Source: Octopus vulgaris
Lineage: Eukaryota
Assembly (NCBI GenBank): GCA_951406725.2
Contig: OX597816.1
Span: 158,410,001-158,474,000, forward strand
Direction of reading: 5' to 3'
DNA: 64,000 nucleotides
In this document: positions 36,551 through 49,953 of the stretch, one piece after another
How the letters are laid out: each line of letters opens with the position of its first letter
How positions within the stretch are numbered: position 1 is the first letter of the stretch
Made by a program: the position numbers and the translations under genes
Notes under the pieces: generated by a model
The model's input: only the letters and a program-made list of their open reading frames with translations
What the model was told of the DNA's origin: nothing
Databases searched by the model: none

Positions 36551-36952
36551 TATCCGCTTCATACCACTAAATTCTGGTCTCTGTTATATAAGAATAGCGA
36601 AGGGTACATTTGTTGATGTGCGGAAAACTTTGTCAAACTGGAATAAATTAATTAGGATCGCACAAAGTAGCGTTAAATGAAATATAGTTATGTATGGTCA
36701 TATTTAACAAGTATGTGTACACTTGCACATATAATTTTGCCGTAAAAATACTATACTTTCATGTTTAGAGTATTTGAAAGTTAAAAACAAAATCAAAAAT
36801 GAATAACTTCATTTTTATGCCCTCCTCTTCCCACGTTTTTCTCTGGTTTTAATCGATCTTCTTTAAGTAATTTTTCTTGTCACAACTCAAGCCAGTCATT
36901 GGGAATTATAACATTATTCCTTCTTCAAAAATTTCAATCTGGATGCCCCAGC

Positions 36953-36957
<5 letters not shown>

Positions 36958-37036
<79 letters not shown>
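36958..37036. repeat. (AG)n microsatellite
   Basis: Seen directly in the sequence. Confidence 0.97.
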
Positions 37037-37040
<4 letters not shown>

Positions 37041-37182
37041 TGGCAAGAATTCATAAAGACGGCTTTTTTTTCTGATTGACAGCGTTAAGATAGCAGACTC
37101 AAAGCAATAGAAAGTAGAAAATCGTAATATATTTTTGGCGTGAATCGGTGAATACTGATAATAAAGATAAATTATCTTCATA

Positions 37183-37487
37183 GCACCACCATGACCACCA
37201 TCACCGCCATTATCACCACTTCCTTTATCAATATCACAATTGCTATCACTATACCACCACCGTTATCACCATTACAATCATAAAAACGATAGCCATAACT
37301 GCAACCACCACCACCACCACCACCACCACCACGAAACGACGACTACCACCACCACTATCACCAGACCACGACACCCAAACCACCACCACTACTACTATCA
37401 TTACTGTTACCACCATCACAACCACCACCACTATCCACTATCGCCATGACCACCATCACCATCACGACTATCACCACCACCACCACC

Positions 37488-37528
<41 letters not shown>

Positions 37529-37600
37529 AGATCACCGCTGCCATTATTACCACGACCCCTAACTCTACAGTTAGCCTTCTACCACCATTACCAACACTAC
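37183..37600. repeat. (ACC)n/(ACT)n low-complexity trinucleotide tract
   Basis: Seen directly in the sequence. Confidence 0.9.
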
Positions 37601-37737
37601 ATTTTCTTTCAGTTCAATTATTCATCTTGCATATCGCCTGTTTGCTCCACAATTACTGGCCTTAATATTTATAATTTTATTGGTACTATTTATTATTTTA
37701 TTGTTATCTTTTCATTATTAATATAACTATTATATAG

Positions 37738-38073
37738 TGAAGGCGCATGGCTCAGTGGTTAGAGGGTCGAACTTACGATCGTGAGGTCGTGAGCTCGAAT
37801 CCCGGACCGGGCTGCGTGTTGTGTATTTGAGCAAGACACTTTATTTCACGTTGCTCCAGTTCACTCAGCTGTAGAATGAGTTGCGACGTCACAGGTGCCA
37901 AGCTGTATCGGCCCTTGCTTTTCCCTTGGATAACACTGGTGGCGTGGAGAGGGGAGGCCGGTATGCATGGGCGACTGCTGGTCTTCCATAAACAATCTTG
38001 CCCGGACTTGTGCCTAGGAGGGTAACTTTCTAGGTGCAATCCCATGGTCAGTGTCGTGGCCGAAGGGGGTCTC
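37738..38073 (+). mobile_element. SINE family C, full length
   Basis: A-box TGGCTCAGTGG, B-box-like GCTCGAATCCC and core GTTGCTCCAGTTCACTCAGCTG. Confidence 0.8.
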
Positions 38074-38175
38074 ATATATTATTCTCTATTGAGATTTCAT
38101 GAGCATATGGCATATGGCGGGTTGGTTTCTTGCGATCACAAAGTGAAAACATTGAAAATCTTAGTAGTAATTCGC

Positions 38176-38236
38176 AACAAACAAACAAACAAACATACAT
38201 ACATACATACATACATACATACATACATACATACAT

Positions 38237-38275
<39 letters not shown>

Positions 38276-38335
38276 CATACACACACATACATACATCCAT
38301 GCATGCATACATACATACAAACAAACAAACAAATA
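38176..38335. repeat. (CAAA)/(CATA)n/(CA)n microsatellite
   Basis: Seen directly in the sequence. Confidence 0.95.
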
Positions 38336-40034
38336 TATATGTGTGCCTGTTCCCAATCACATGGTTTCGGGATCAGTCCCACTGCGTGACACCTTGGGCA
38401 AGTGTCTTCTGCTATAACCTCTGGCCAACGAAAACCTTGTGAGTGGATTTGTTTGGTTGCAGCTGTGGAAATATTTAAGTTTATTGAATTTTTTTTTTTA
38501 ATTTGGTGTATTTATGTAGTTTTCCAAGCTGAATCTCAGGAGATATTTTGCTTTTTCCAGAACATTAAAAAAAGAAAAAAAATATTATAGAGATTTGAAG
38601 CTTGATAATTTTCAGCTAGTCAGAAAAAAGGATTTGGAAGTACTTTAATACGAAACTAAATATATCAACTTCTGCTTTACGCACGACATATAACTCCTCA
38701 TAACTTTTTTCATTTTTGGGAATTTTCAGAAAGTATTCTACACTCGGGATTCATACGATTAAGCAAATAAAAAAATTGTAGGGTGCGTGATTTAAGGCCT
38801 ATTTAGCCGTTATTTTTAGCACATCTCTCGACCAGGATACAAGCAACAGATGGGGACAAGTAAAACATGAAAAGAAGCTAAGACAGCAATGGTATAAAAG
38901 TGAATTGAAAGAACATTGTCTTTTGTGAAGAACATGCATTTGGTGGTAATGTGATTGGTCTACGTAGAAATGATGTTAATTTTGCATGTGCACACGTTTT
39001 CCAATTGGGGCTTTACGGTTAGTAAATGGGGAACCGCATTGGTATGGCGGACCGGAGATTGGTCGGGAGTGGTTATGTCTATGCGACTAATTATCATTGT
39101 GACCATAGATACACATACTGAAATTGCTATTTCAGCGACATCAGTTTAAATAAAAAACTGGGATCTTTTTCATTTTGAAGGCCAGTTAACTACAAATTTG
39201 AAACTGCGTATACTGGGTAGAATGTGTCAAAAGAAAACAAACAAAATTGAAAACAAAATTATTCGTAACTTAAATGTAGTTTAATTTTTACGAATTTTAA
39301 CCAATGAAATCCCAGCATTGCTGCGTTATCGAATATTGATAAAGAAATATAGCAGACGCACCACACACACACACACACACACACACATTTGCACAAGCAC
39401 ATAGTAATTAATATATAAGCGTACACACACATACAAACGGACATACACACACACACACACACACATAGTAATTAATATATAAGCGTACACACACATACAA
39501 ACGGACATATACATATACGCACACAAACAAAAATACACGTTTTGCCACTTGCCGCAACAAATTTGCACAAAAGGTAAATAGACCAGAAGGGGGCGGGGTC
39601 AATGTTTCATCGTTTCGGGGTCGATAAATTAAGTACCAATTACGCACTGGTGTCGAGGAATTTTTTCCCAATTTATATCACAGCTTCCGACAAGCTGGGG
39701 GCATCCTTTTATGAAAAAATATTTCGCAAATTTTTACAATACGACTCACACTCCACGCGCAAACTCGAGACCGATTTAGGCATATTATTGTTTTGTTTTT
39801 GTTGTTTCTGGCCCTTCAAAACCATGGGAGAAGCCCCAAAAACTGTGAAGAAAAAAAATGAAGATAATAAATATTTGAATATTTAATTTGTTTTAAATAT
39901 GCTTTAATTTTCGCATACAGTCTCTTTTTATTTGCATCATTTACAAAATAATACAGCAAATGTGGAGGAAAACAGGGGGGAAAAAAAAAAGAGTCAATAA
40001 TCAAAATAAAAGAAACTGGTGTCGCTTAAGGGTA

Positions 40035-40560
40035 CTGGTTGTTTGTTGTGCCGTGGCTGAGAGTTGATGAATGAAAATGTTTCTTGGCTGCGTGGTGAAA
40101 TAACTTAACAAAACCCGCGAACATTTAACAGAAGATTTTATCATGATACATAGTGACAATCTGCGTAGACCATTTACTGATAACAACAGCAATGATTACA
40201 GACTGGGAGAGAGATTACAGAGAGCTATTGATACGGTAACATGCAGTTAGTCCAGCATATCTGAAATCAACTAAGCTATCTTCATGGCAATGAAGGTTCT
40301 GGGTCATCTGTCCTAGGCCGTCACCATTGGCCATCTGCTTGGCAGCTCATGTTACTCAGATACCTCAACATTCTACAAAGAGTTTAGGCGCCAAAGCGAC
40401 TTTTTATAGGATACAAGGTGAAGATTCTAGAAGATTATATTGCACCACGGCTTGGCGCTGGTTGGTTGCTTACTAGATTATGTGAAACTACTGTGAAACT
40501 GGCTGCGTATCCAGGAATACGGTTTCGAATCATCGCTACACTGGTATCATTTTATGAGGC
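40035..40560. repeat. Dispersed repeat of unknown class, homologous to 49510-49953 plus 50970-51050
   Basis: Shared blocks AATGAAAATGTTTC..GCTGCGTG, GAACATTTAACAGAAGA, AACAACAGCAAT(G/A)ATTACA, CATATCTGAAA and TTTTATAGG. Confidence 0.6.
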
Positions 40561-40817
40561 AATCCAACTCACTCACGTCATTGCCGTTAATTGTTTTGGA
40601 AAGCAACTCAACTTTAAAACGACCTTAAAATCTACTCTGAAAATAGAACATTAAACATATACAACCTTTCTCGAGAAGCAGGTGACACTCGTAAAAAAGA
40701 ATTCGAGGTAATTCTTCCTTAGTCGTACTGTTCAGAAAGTTCTGCGGGTTACAGTTTGACCATGGCTGAGTTACACTGTTAAAATAGTTATATACTGTTA
40801 AACTATCGCGGAAAAAT

Positions 40818-41122
40818 TGTGAAGACGCGTGGTTTAGTGGTTAAGGTATTCGTAAAGTCGTGAGTTCAATTCCTGGCGACGCGTTGCGTCCTTGAGCAAG
40901 ACATTTTATTTCACGTTGCTCCAGTCTACTCGGCTGGAAAAAATAAGTTGTACCTGTATTTCAAAGGGCTAGTCTTGTCACTCTCTGAGTCTGCCTGAGA
41001 ACTACGTTAAGGGTACACGTATAAGTGGAGTGCTCAGCCACTTGCACATTAATTTCACGAGCAAGCTGCTCAGTCGATCGTATCAGCTGGGACCCTCGTC
41101 ATCGTAACCAACGGAGTGCTCC
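40818..41122 (+). mobile_element. SINE family C variant
   Basis: tRNA-like head plus core. Flanked by the imperfect direct repeat TATCG(C/T)GGAAAA. Confidence 0.75.
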
Positions 41123-41770
41123 CTCTTTTTTTTTTTATCGTGGAAAATAATGTAAGAAATGAAGATTTCAGACGTTTCATCAACAGAGAATTTATTTTCA
41201 ATTCATTCATAAAAATAACAGAAGAAAACAACTATCATGACGTGATACCGTTTTTCTTGCGCATTAGCGGTGCAGGTGAAGTAGAATAATTACAACCTGT
41301 GGAAGATTAACCTCCTATTTATTCTACAATGTTCGCCAAGTAATTATTAAAGAATAATAAAATAAAAGAGTAATCAATCGAAAACTCGCAAGGAGACTGA
41401 TTATTCATTCTTTACTTCTTTCTCACAGTTAAAGATAATAATAACGATTTCTTTACATTGCCAAGAAAAAAAGAAAGAAAGAAGCCAAGGAAGAGAGAAA
41501 AAAGAAAGATAAACTTTAGAGTAAATGAGGAACGTTTGATGGTTCAAATAAACAATGAAGTTCGATTTATGAGCAAAATTTGGATGGGAAGTGAGCAAGT
41601 TTCTGGATTAAAAACGTAGAACAGAAAAATTCGTTGACTTTTTGCCATACAGAGCAGAATTATGTTCTCATAAGATTTATCATAACATGTCTCTTCTAGT
41701 ACTTATTATTAGAGCTATTACGGGTAGCAGGGCAGCATATTAAATACATTAGTGTGATGAATTTAACTAG

Positions 41771-42160
41771 ACGCAGGAGTGGATGTGAGGCAAGTAGCTT
41801 GCTTACCAACCACATGGTTCCGGGTTCAGTCCCACTGCGGGGCACCTTGGGCAAGTGTCTTCTTCTATAGCCTCGGGCCGACCAAAGCCCCTTGTGAGTG
41901 GATTTGGTAGACGGAAACTGAAAGAAGACCGTCGTATATATGTATATATATATATATGTTTGTGTGTGCGTGTTTGTGTGCCTGTGTTTGTCCCTCCAAC
42001 ATCGCTTAACAACCGATGGTGGTGTGTTTACGTCCCCGTAACTCAGAATAAGTATTAGGCTTACAAAGAATAAGTTCTGGGGTCGATTTGTCCGACTAAA
42101 GGCGGTGCTCCAGCATGGCCGCAGTCAAATGACTGAAATAAGTAAAAGAGTAAAAGAGTA
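41771..42160 (+). mobile_element. SINE family A, full length
   Basis: Runs from head to (GTAAAAGA)n tail. Confidence 0.88.
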
Positions 42161-42359
42161 AGGAGCCACTAACTTTACGTCAGTGACGTTACCGTTTCGT
42201 AGGATCAGAATAATCAAAGATAAAGTTATCGATATGACAACTTCAGTTTTCTTCACATTGATGAAAACTAGCAAGAAAAGGAAGAGTAGGTTCAATCAAA
42301 TTGATTAATCGCTAGTACGATCACACTTTTCCAGAAAATAGCAGACAGCCGACTGCTAG

Positions 42360-42851
42360 GAAATTTGGAGGAGGGAATAGTCGATTACATCGACCCAGTA
42401 CTCGACTGGTGCTTGATTTATCAACCCCGAAAGGATGAGAGGTAAAGTCGACCTCGGCGGAATTTGAACTCAGAACGTAGCGGCGAGCGAAATACATATT
42501 TCTTTACTACCCATATGGGGCTAAACACAGAAAGGACAAACAAGGACAAACAAACGGATTAAGTCGATTATATCGACCACAGTGCGTAACTGGTACTTAT
42601 TTAATCAACCCCAAAAGGACGAAAGGCAAAGTCGACCTCGGCGGAATTTGAACTCAGAACGTAGCGGCAGACGAAATACCGCTAAGCATTTCGCCCGGCG
42701 TGCAAACGTTTCTTATTTCTTGAATGCCCACAAAGGGCTACACACAGGGGACAAACAAGAACAGACAAAGGGATTAAGTCGATTAGATCGACCTCAGCGC
42801 GTAACTGGTACTTAATTTATCGTGCTAACGTTTCTGCCAGCTCGCCGCCTT
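42360..42851 (-). mobile_element. Composite SINE B cluster: B1 plus B2 plus a nested truncated B2
   Basis: Junction GAAATAC|ATATTTC at ~42495. Nested insert 42713-42821 flanked by GTGC(A/T)AACGTTTC. Confidence 0.85.
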
Positions 42852-43853
42852 TGTAAGTATATTTTTTACCACCATGGATATAATCAGGAAATATGGCATA
42901 CATAGAATAATTATAATTGAGTTTTTATCAAATTTCTTGTTGCCTATGATGAAATGAATATCAACTTTCAAATGAAAAATATTTACCTTAAAGTATAGTT
43001 AAATAAAACATGTATATTTGCAATAAATGTATGTTAGTGTTCTAAATGTTTTCAACATAATCGCACTCTACTCTATCGAGGACTTATCTCCGAAAGTTTT
43101 GATCTCTCATGACCAGTCATTTCCTCTTCCTCCTCAAGCAGAAAATATAACATGAAATTTTGAAGAAAAAAAAAATGAGGAAACAAAGCCGACTCGTGTG
43201 AATTTTCCGAAACTCCTCTCCACAGCATCGAAAAAAAAACTTCCCCAACAAATTCCGATATAATTGGAATCTTCACAATCTGAAGCATATTTGTAGAAAA
43301 TTTCATTAAAAAAAATCCATTTTGCTGAAAGTTACGAAGAAACAAAGTCGTGGAGTGGAGTACACCTGTGAGCACCGGGCAAGCTATGGGCGCTTGCCCG
43401 GGGTCCACAAGAGTCTAGGGACTTCATGCAAATGTATGTTGCAGTTGTCTTTGTAGGGTTCTCAGGACATTATTTTGTTCGGGAGCTTATAGTGTTGTTG
43501 AGGCGGTCCTAGTTACTGTTTAGGATCTTTTTAAAAATTTCTTCCAACCACTTACAGTATTTCAAATTTTCACCTCATTATTTATTTTTTTAAATGTAGT
43601 TTTGCATTCTGATAACGAACATCACATTCATTTTTTTCTCTAGAAATTAATAAGCAAGTTGCATCAGTGAAAAGTTTGAGAGAACTTGGTGAAAATTTGA
43701 AATACTTTAAGTGGTTGGAAGAAATTCCACAAGATCTACTGTTAAGTGAGCGATCGACCTGCAAGGAATAACAGCCAAATACCCCTCCAGTCACACTACC
43801 GTTTATAAAAGACACATTAGATATGTAATCCCGCGGTATACTGTGGCAGAAAC

Positions 43854-44270
43854 CAGGGCTGGATTAAGACCCTAAGCACTTAAAAGATTTTGGTGTCCCC
43901 ATAAAAGATTATGTAATTCGAAATATAAACCATAAAAACCATAAAATTAATTTTTATTTTTCGAAACGAAACAAAAGAGTAAGAGGGAAAATAATGTTTA
44001 TTTTTGTATACTTCCATTTTGTTTATGTTTGAAAAGTTCCCTCCTACTTTTTGAATTGCAAACTCTTTTATCAGATCCTCAAAATTAATCTTTGGTAACA
44101 CATCTGCATCTATACTTAGTAGAGATAAAGGCATCCCGAATATTATTTTAGCAAGTTTAAAGTGATTTATTTTTGTGTCGTAAACCATTTACCATTTCTG
44201 TGGTGTCCCCTCCCCTTCCCTTGATGCCCAAAGCACGTGCTTATTTTGCTTAATGGTTCATCGAGCGCTG
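43854..44270 (-). mobile_element. hAT deletion derivative
   Basis: 8-bp TSD GCAGAAAC (43846-53, 44271-78) and CAG...CTG imperfect TIRs. Retains the transposase C-terminal dimerisation remnant LSLLSIDADVLPKINFEDLIKEFAIQK. Confidence 0.85.
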
Positions 44271-44621
44271 GCAGAAACTGGCGGGGAGGTCGTTGTTGAA
44301 TCGAAAGTGTTTCATCAGAGTTCTACTCGACAGAGCAGATCTTAAGCTAAATAACAAGGTCGTTGACGCCGCTGCTGATGGTAAAGACGACGAGACAACA
44401 ATAACTAGAGCAACATCAGCTGTTTGTGATATCAGCCTCCCCATTGCTAAAAATATCAAATATTTCACTTAAGTTGTTTGACCCAGAATTAATTCGACTT
44501 AGATTAAAATTTTCCAGTCTAGTAACTTTACCTTTAACTGCGTCTGTTTACGTCTACATAACGTGTTTAGTGTATGTGTATGTGTTTGTGTGCACATGCA
44601 CTCGTGCGCGTGTATATGTAT

Positions 44622-44835
44622 ATTCTTTTATTCTTTTATTTGTTTCAGTCATATGACAGTAGCCATGCTGGAGCACTGCCTGTAGTCGAGAGCAAATTGA
44701 CCCCAGGACTTATTCTTTGTAAGCCTAGTACTTATTCTGTTGGTCTCTATTACCAGTATCGGTTGTCAAGCGACGTTGGGTGGGGGATAAACACAGACAG
44801 ACAAACACAAACACACACACACACACACACACACG
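44622..44835 (-). mobile_element. SINE family A, 3' part
   Basis: Matches the family tail half. Confidence 0.7.
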
Positions 44836-44929
44836 ACATCTCCAGCGTCATCAGATAAATATTCACAGATGATTCCAATCTTCAGTAAATTATGATTGGA
44901 GAAGACCTCACTGAACCCTAGTCTGAGCG

Positions 44930-45490
44930 ACATGCTGTAAGCTAATGGGCGGACAAAAATAAAATGCAAAATGGAGGAAAATCTGAAATGAGATGCATTT
45001 TGGAAAAAAAGACTGCGCTCAAACAACCACATTCTCTTCCTTCATGAGAACTACTGATTGCACCCAGTGATATCAGGTACTTAGGGGTGGTTGTTGAGAG
45101 GAATCTCAACTGGAATGTCCACATCAACAATAAAGTCGATATGGCTCGCAGGACGAGTTCCTGGATCCTCAGAACTGCCCGTGCCAGAAAGGAAGGTGTC
45201 ATACTTTCCCCTTTTTCCTCCTTTTTACGGCCACACCTAGAATACTACTGCCCCTTGTGTTCCTCCATCACCAAACAAAACTTAACGAGAGTTGAGTCAC
45301 CTCAGAGGGAATCACTAAAAATATAAAAGGCATGGCGGATCTTGACTGTCGAGACCGGCTGAAAACTTTGAAACTTTATTCTCTCTAACGCCGCATCGAG
45401 CGCTACATCATTTGTACAATGTGTGGAATATATCACCAGCAGTGTCTAAACGACCTTAACATCATTATTCATAATTCATTCAAGGCTGGG
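44930..45490 (+). mobile_element. Old CR1/L2-type LINE fragment
   Basis: YLGVVVERNLNWNVHINNKV and FLRPHLEYYCPLCS motifs. Confidence 0.8.
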
Positions 45491-45827
45491 GCTGATCTTG
45501 AGAAAGTCTTTGCTGATCTTTAAAAAGTCTCATCTTCCTTCTGTCTTGGGACTCCATCAGACGTGCTGCAGCGTTCTTTTGCTTATATTGAGAAAGTCTC
45601 ATCTCCCTTCTCTCTTGAGACTGTATTTGACGTGGCTGCAGCATGCGTTTGGGGATCTTTGGAAAGTGTCATGACCCTTCTGTATTGAGGGAGAAATGTA
45701 AATAGTGTACATAAATCGACTGAGTGCAAAAATTTAAAATAAGTAATGTTGTAGGGAGAACGTACAAATAGCGTAAAGATAAAGATATTTACGCACGAAA
45801 AAATTGAAATACACTGAAGTTAATTTT

Positions 45828-45974
<147 letters not shown>

Positions 45975-46139
45975 TAAGAAACAGGCATAGACTTAAAGAG
46001 AGGAAGTATTGCAGAAGATGAAAATGAGAAAAAGAAGGAGAAGAGATACATAAACAGAGAGAGAAAAGGGAAAGAATCGCTTGAAAACTGTAGACGTCAA
46101 AGGGAGTAATCGGTTGAAAACTACAGTTTTTAGAGAAAA

Positions 46140-46388
46140 ACACACGTGAAACACCTTTTTTCCCAGTCGGTTTCTCGCATTACGCGGGAGCTCTGGGCAA
46201 ATGTCTTATAGTGCATGACCATCCTTGGCACATAAGTAATGTGTATGTAAAGTTTGGTAAAAATTGGTTGAAAATTGTAGAAATGCATACGTACTACACA
46301 GACAGACACAGACACACACACAGACACACAGTCACACAGAAACATACACATACACACACACATCCTTTGTTTTATATATATATATAGA
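46140..46388 (-). mobile_element. Helitron-like 5' portion
   Basis: Minus strand TCTATATA..., then a microsatellite, then CAACCAATTTTTACCAAACTTT. Same layout as the 16736 element. Confidence 0.4.
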
Positions 46389-46454
46389 TTAAGTTCATAT
46401 TTCTGAGCATAATCTCTTCAGAGGGGAAAAATATACACTTAGATCTTTTGTATA

Positions 46455-46865
46455 CTCTTTTACTCTTTTATTTGTTTCACTCATTTGACTGCGGCCATGC
46501 TGGAGCACCGCCTTTAGTCGAACAAATCGACTCCAGGACTTATTTTTGTAAGCCTAGTACTTATTCTATCGGTCTCTTTTGCCGAACCGCTAAGTGACGG
46601 GGAGATAAACACACCAGCATCGGTTGTCAGGCGATGTTGGGGGACACACAGACACAAACATATACACACACACAAATATATATATACATATACATATATA
46701 CGACGGGTTTCTTTCAGTTTTCGTCTACCAAATCCACTCACAAGGCTTTGGTCGGCCCGAAACTATAGTAGAAAACACTTGCCCAAGGTGCCACGCAGTG
46801 GGACTGAACCCGGAACCATGTGGTTGGTTAGCAAGCTACTTACTACACAACCACTCCTGCGCCTA
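46455..46865 (-). mobile_element. SINE family A, full length
   Basis: Complete match to the family. Confidence 0.88.
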
Positions 46866-47224
46866 TGTTTGTAAATTCATCACAAATGGATCTACAAACA
46901 AACATACAAAACATCTAATTGTATATTTCCCCCCTCTGAAGTGATTACGCTCAGAAATATGAAGTCAATATTTAATTAATTTCATTGTGTATAATTGAAA
47001 CAGCTGTAAGGACTGATGCTCGATTTGTTGCTGATAATAAACTTTTATTAACTTCAAAATCTCCATTTTCTTCTTCTTCCCTTACTTGAATATAAATTAC
47101 TCACCTATTATTTTTGGGAGATTAATTCCTCCTTAAATGTTAGGTAATTAACCAATATTTCCTCGGATGACACCATCCCTTCATGAGAGTAACATAACCT
47201 CTAACTGAATTCTCTCTCTCTCTC

Positions 47225-47278
<54 letters not shown>

Positions 47279-48204
47279 CTTTTATCTTTTATCTCTGTCC
47301 TATCATGCACGAAGAGATTTATTTGCCTTTACCCACTTACACATACATATGTTCATGCACTCGGTATCTACTTTTTATATCTAAATGTGCACCTCTCTCT
47401 CTCTCTCTCTCGACACACACACACACATTCATTATTATGCATGTATTTCTATTTTTATCTGCCAAACATACATACATACCTACTCATGTAATACACACAT
47501 ATGTATACATACTAAGTATCGGCGATTCTCCTCATTGTATATTGTCAGGTTAAATCAGTGTTTTTACTCCCACACAGTACTTATACTTTTACAAATTTTT
47601 GTTTCATACTAACGTGTTTATATTTAAACCTACCTGTAATGATACCGAAAAGATTATAATAGCATTTTCTTGCAAATAACATATTAATACCATTTCATCA
47701 TCATCGGCACATTCAAACTATTATAATCATTACATAATACAGGTAAACAATAATACTAACATGTCATTAAAATTAATCACCTTATTTTAAGTACAGTTTT
47801 GAGTCAATAAATATAGTAATATCACTTTGAACATCTTACTGGGCGGGCCAAGAGTCACGCACAAAGTAGGTTCAATACACCCCGGAATTGTCAAAGACAT
47901 ACTTCGATTTTTCTAAAATTGAATGACATAAGATAATGATGAGTACACACGTACTTGTACATGATGAATAAAGTTAATAATAATACTAACATAACGAGCC
48001 AAATAGCTAGTTCTAAAATTTCTAAACGAGATATAAATGGTAACACTTCTAGACGGTAACATTTTTTGCCATTATAACATGTCTGTTCTATAAAGAACTA
48101 TGTTACTACATTTTAACTACAAGAAACGTCTTTTCCTGCTGGTTAACAATACACAACCTGTATCCAATATATTGTGAGTAAGGGAACGAATCACTTCTCT
48201 AACA

Positions 48205-48600
48205 TAATCCTTTCTACTATAGGCACAAGGGCTGAAATTGTTGGGGAGAGAACTAGTCAATTACATCGACTCTGTGTTTTACTGATATTTAATTTATCGA
48301 CCTCGAAAGGATGAAAGGCAAAGTCGACCTCAGCGAAATTTGAACTCAGAACATAGCGGTGGATGAAAAGCCGCTAAGCATTTTGCTTATTTCTTTACTG
48401 CCCACTAGGGGCTACACACAGAGGAGACAAACAAGGACAGACAAACGGATTAAGTCGATTATATCGACCCCAGTGCGTAACTGGTACTTATTTAATCGAC
48501 CCCGAAAGGATGAAAGGCAAAGTCGACCTCGGGGGAATTTGAACTCAGAACGTAGCGGTAGACGAAATACCGCTAAGCATTTCGCCCGGCGTGCTAACAT
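48205..48600 (-). mobile_element. SINE B1 plus B2 dimer
   Basis: Junction GCTAAGCATTTTGC|TTATTTC at ~48386. Confidence 0.82.
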
Positions 48601-49953
48601 CTCTTTCCTTTAGACGAAGTCTATTCATAACATAAGCGGTTTACCGGTGCAAGAAATGAACAAACAAATTATTTGTTGATGTGTGCTAATATCTGCCTAC
48701 CAGATAGATAATTTATGAGGTGCACACAGAACAGTGAGAATGCAAACAAGATCTGTGATCGTGTTAAATTCATCGGTCCAACGTGGATGATTTGACTGAG
48801 GAGTCACACAATAAGGTCGAAACACTACGGTGTCTCAAAGTCCCCTTATACAGTGAATCGTGTATGTTATGAACTCAGATCGTCTAAAGGGAGGAAATGT
48901 TTTCTGATGATGAAAAACAGCAGCGATCTGCTATTCACGTTCGAAGCCACTCGAACGTATTGAGAATGAATGCGTTATTGTTTGGATTGCCGCTGTTCTG
49001 CGTACATTTAATGAATGATTGATTGAAACTTATTATTGATATAGATATTAATTTCCAATAGTGATGCATTCCCTCAAATTTTGGAGCAGGAGAAATGACA
49101 ATTATATCAACCTCTGTACTTGACTGGTACTTTATTTTATCAATCCTTATAGAATAAGGTTTACCATTGTGGGATTCAAATGTCAGAAACGTAAAGTGGT
49201 GTAACTAAATGCTGCATGATACTTCAATCAACATTCAACCAGTTCTACTAATTAATCGTCTTTTTATCTGCTACGCATCATATTCTACTTATTAACTTCT
49301 AGGTTATCCACCATTCTAACGATCCTACCAGTCCACAACCATTATATTAAGCAGTTTATTAATTCTGTCACTCTGCAGTGAATATTGTAAATATGCACAC
49401 TTGAGAACAAAGGAATAATTATCGCCATCATTACTGCTTCCATTTCCTTCAGTTATTGGTTTTGTCGGGAGTGTTGCTGGCATGCCGTGTCATCAGATGT
49501 TATTGTGCTTTGTCGATGCTGCTGTGGTTGGTGTTTGAGTTATAATCAATGAAAATGTTTCATGAGCTGCGTGAAGAAGTAAATGAACGACATCCACGAA
49601 CATTTAACAGAAGAAGACAAACAGCGCTGGCCTTTTACAGTTAACAACAGCAATAATTACATATTGGGTGAGAGATACTGCTCTGAGTTTACATGGCTTG
49701 CTCAACATATCTGAAAACAATTGCGCTATCTTCGTGATGACGGAAGTTTCTGGTTATCTATCTGCGCCTTCTGTCTTAGCTGCCTTCTTGGCTTGTCTGG
49801 TTGGGCCTTCTGTTAGCAAGAGTGTAGGCGCATATTGCTCAGCAACTCTTTCAACACTCTGCGATTAATTAAAAGTGGCCTTTTATAGGGCACAAAAAGG
49901 TTCTAAAGACTGAATAACGCGATGGCTTGATGTTGAGGATTGCTTAATAGACT

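Noticed and set aside
37240-37449. His/Thr-rich protein
   Set aside because: It is an (ACC)n/(ACT)n low-complexity repeat with no supporting splice context.
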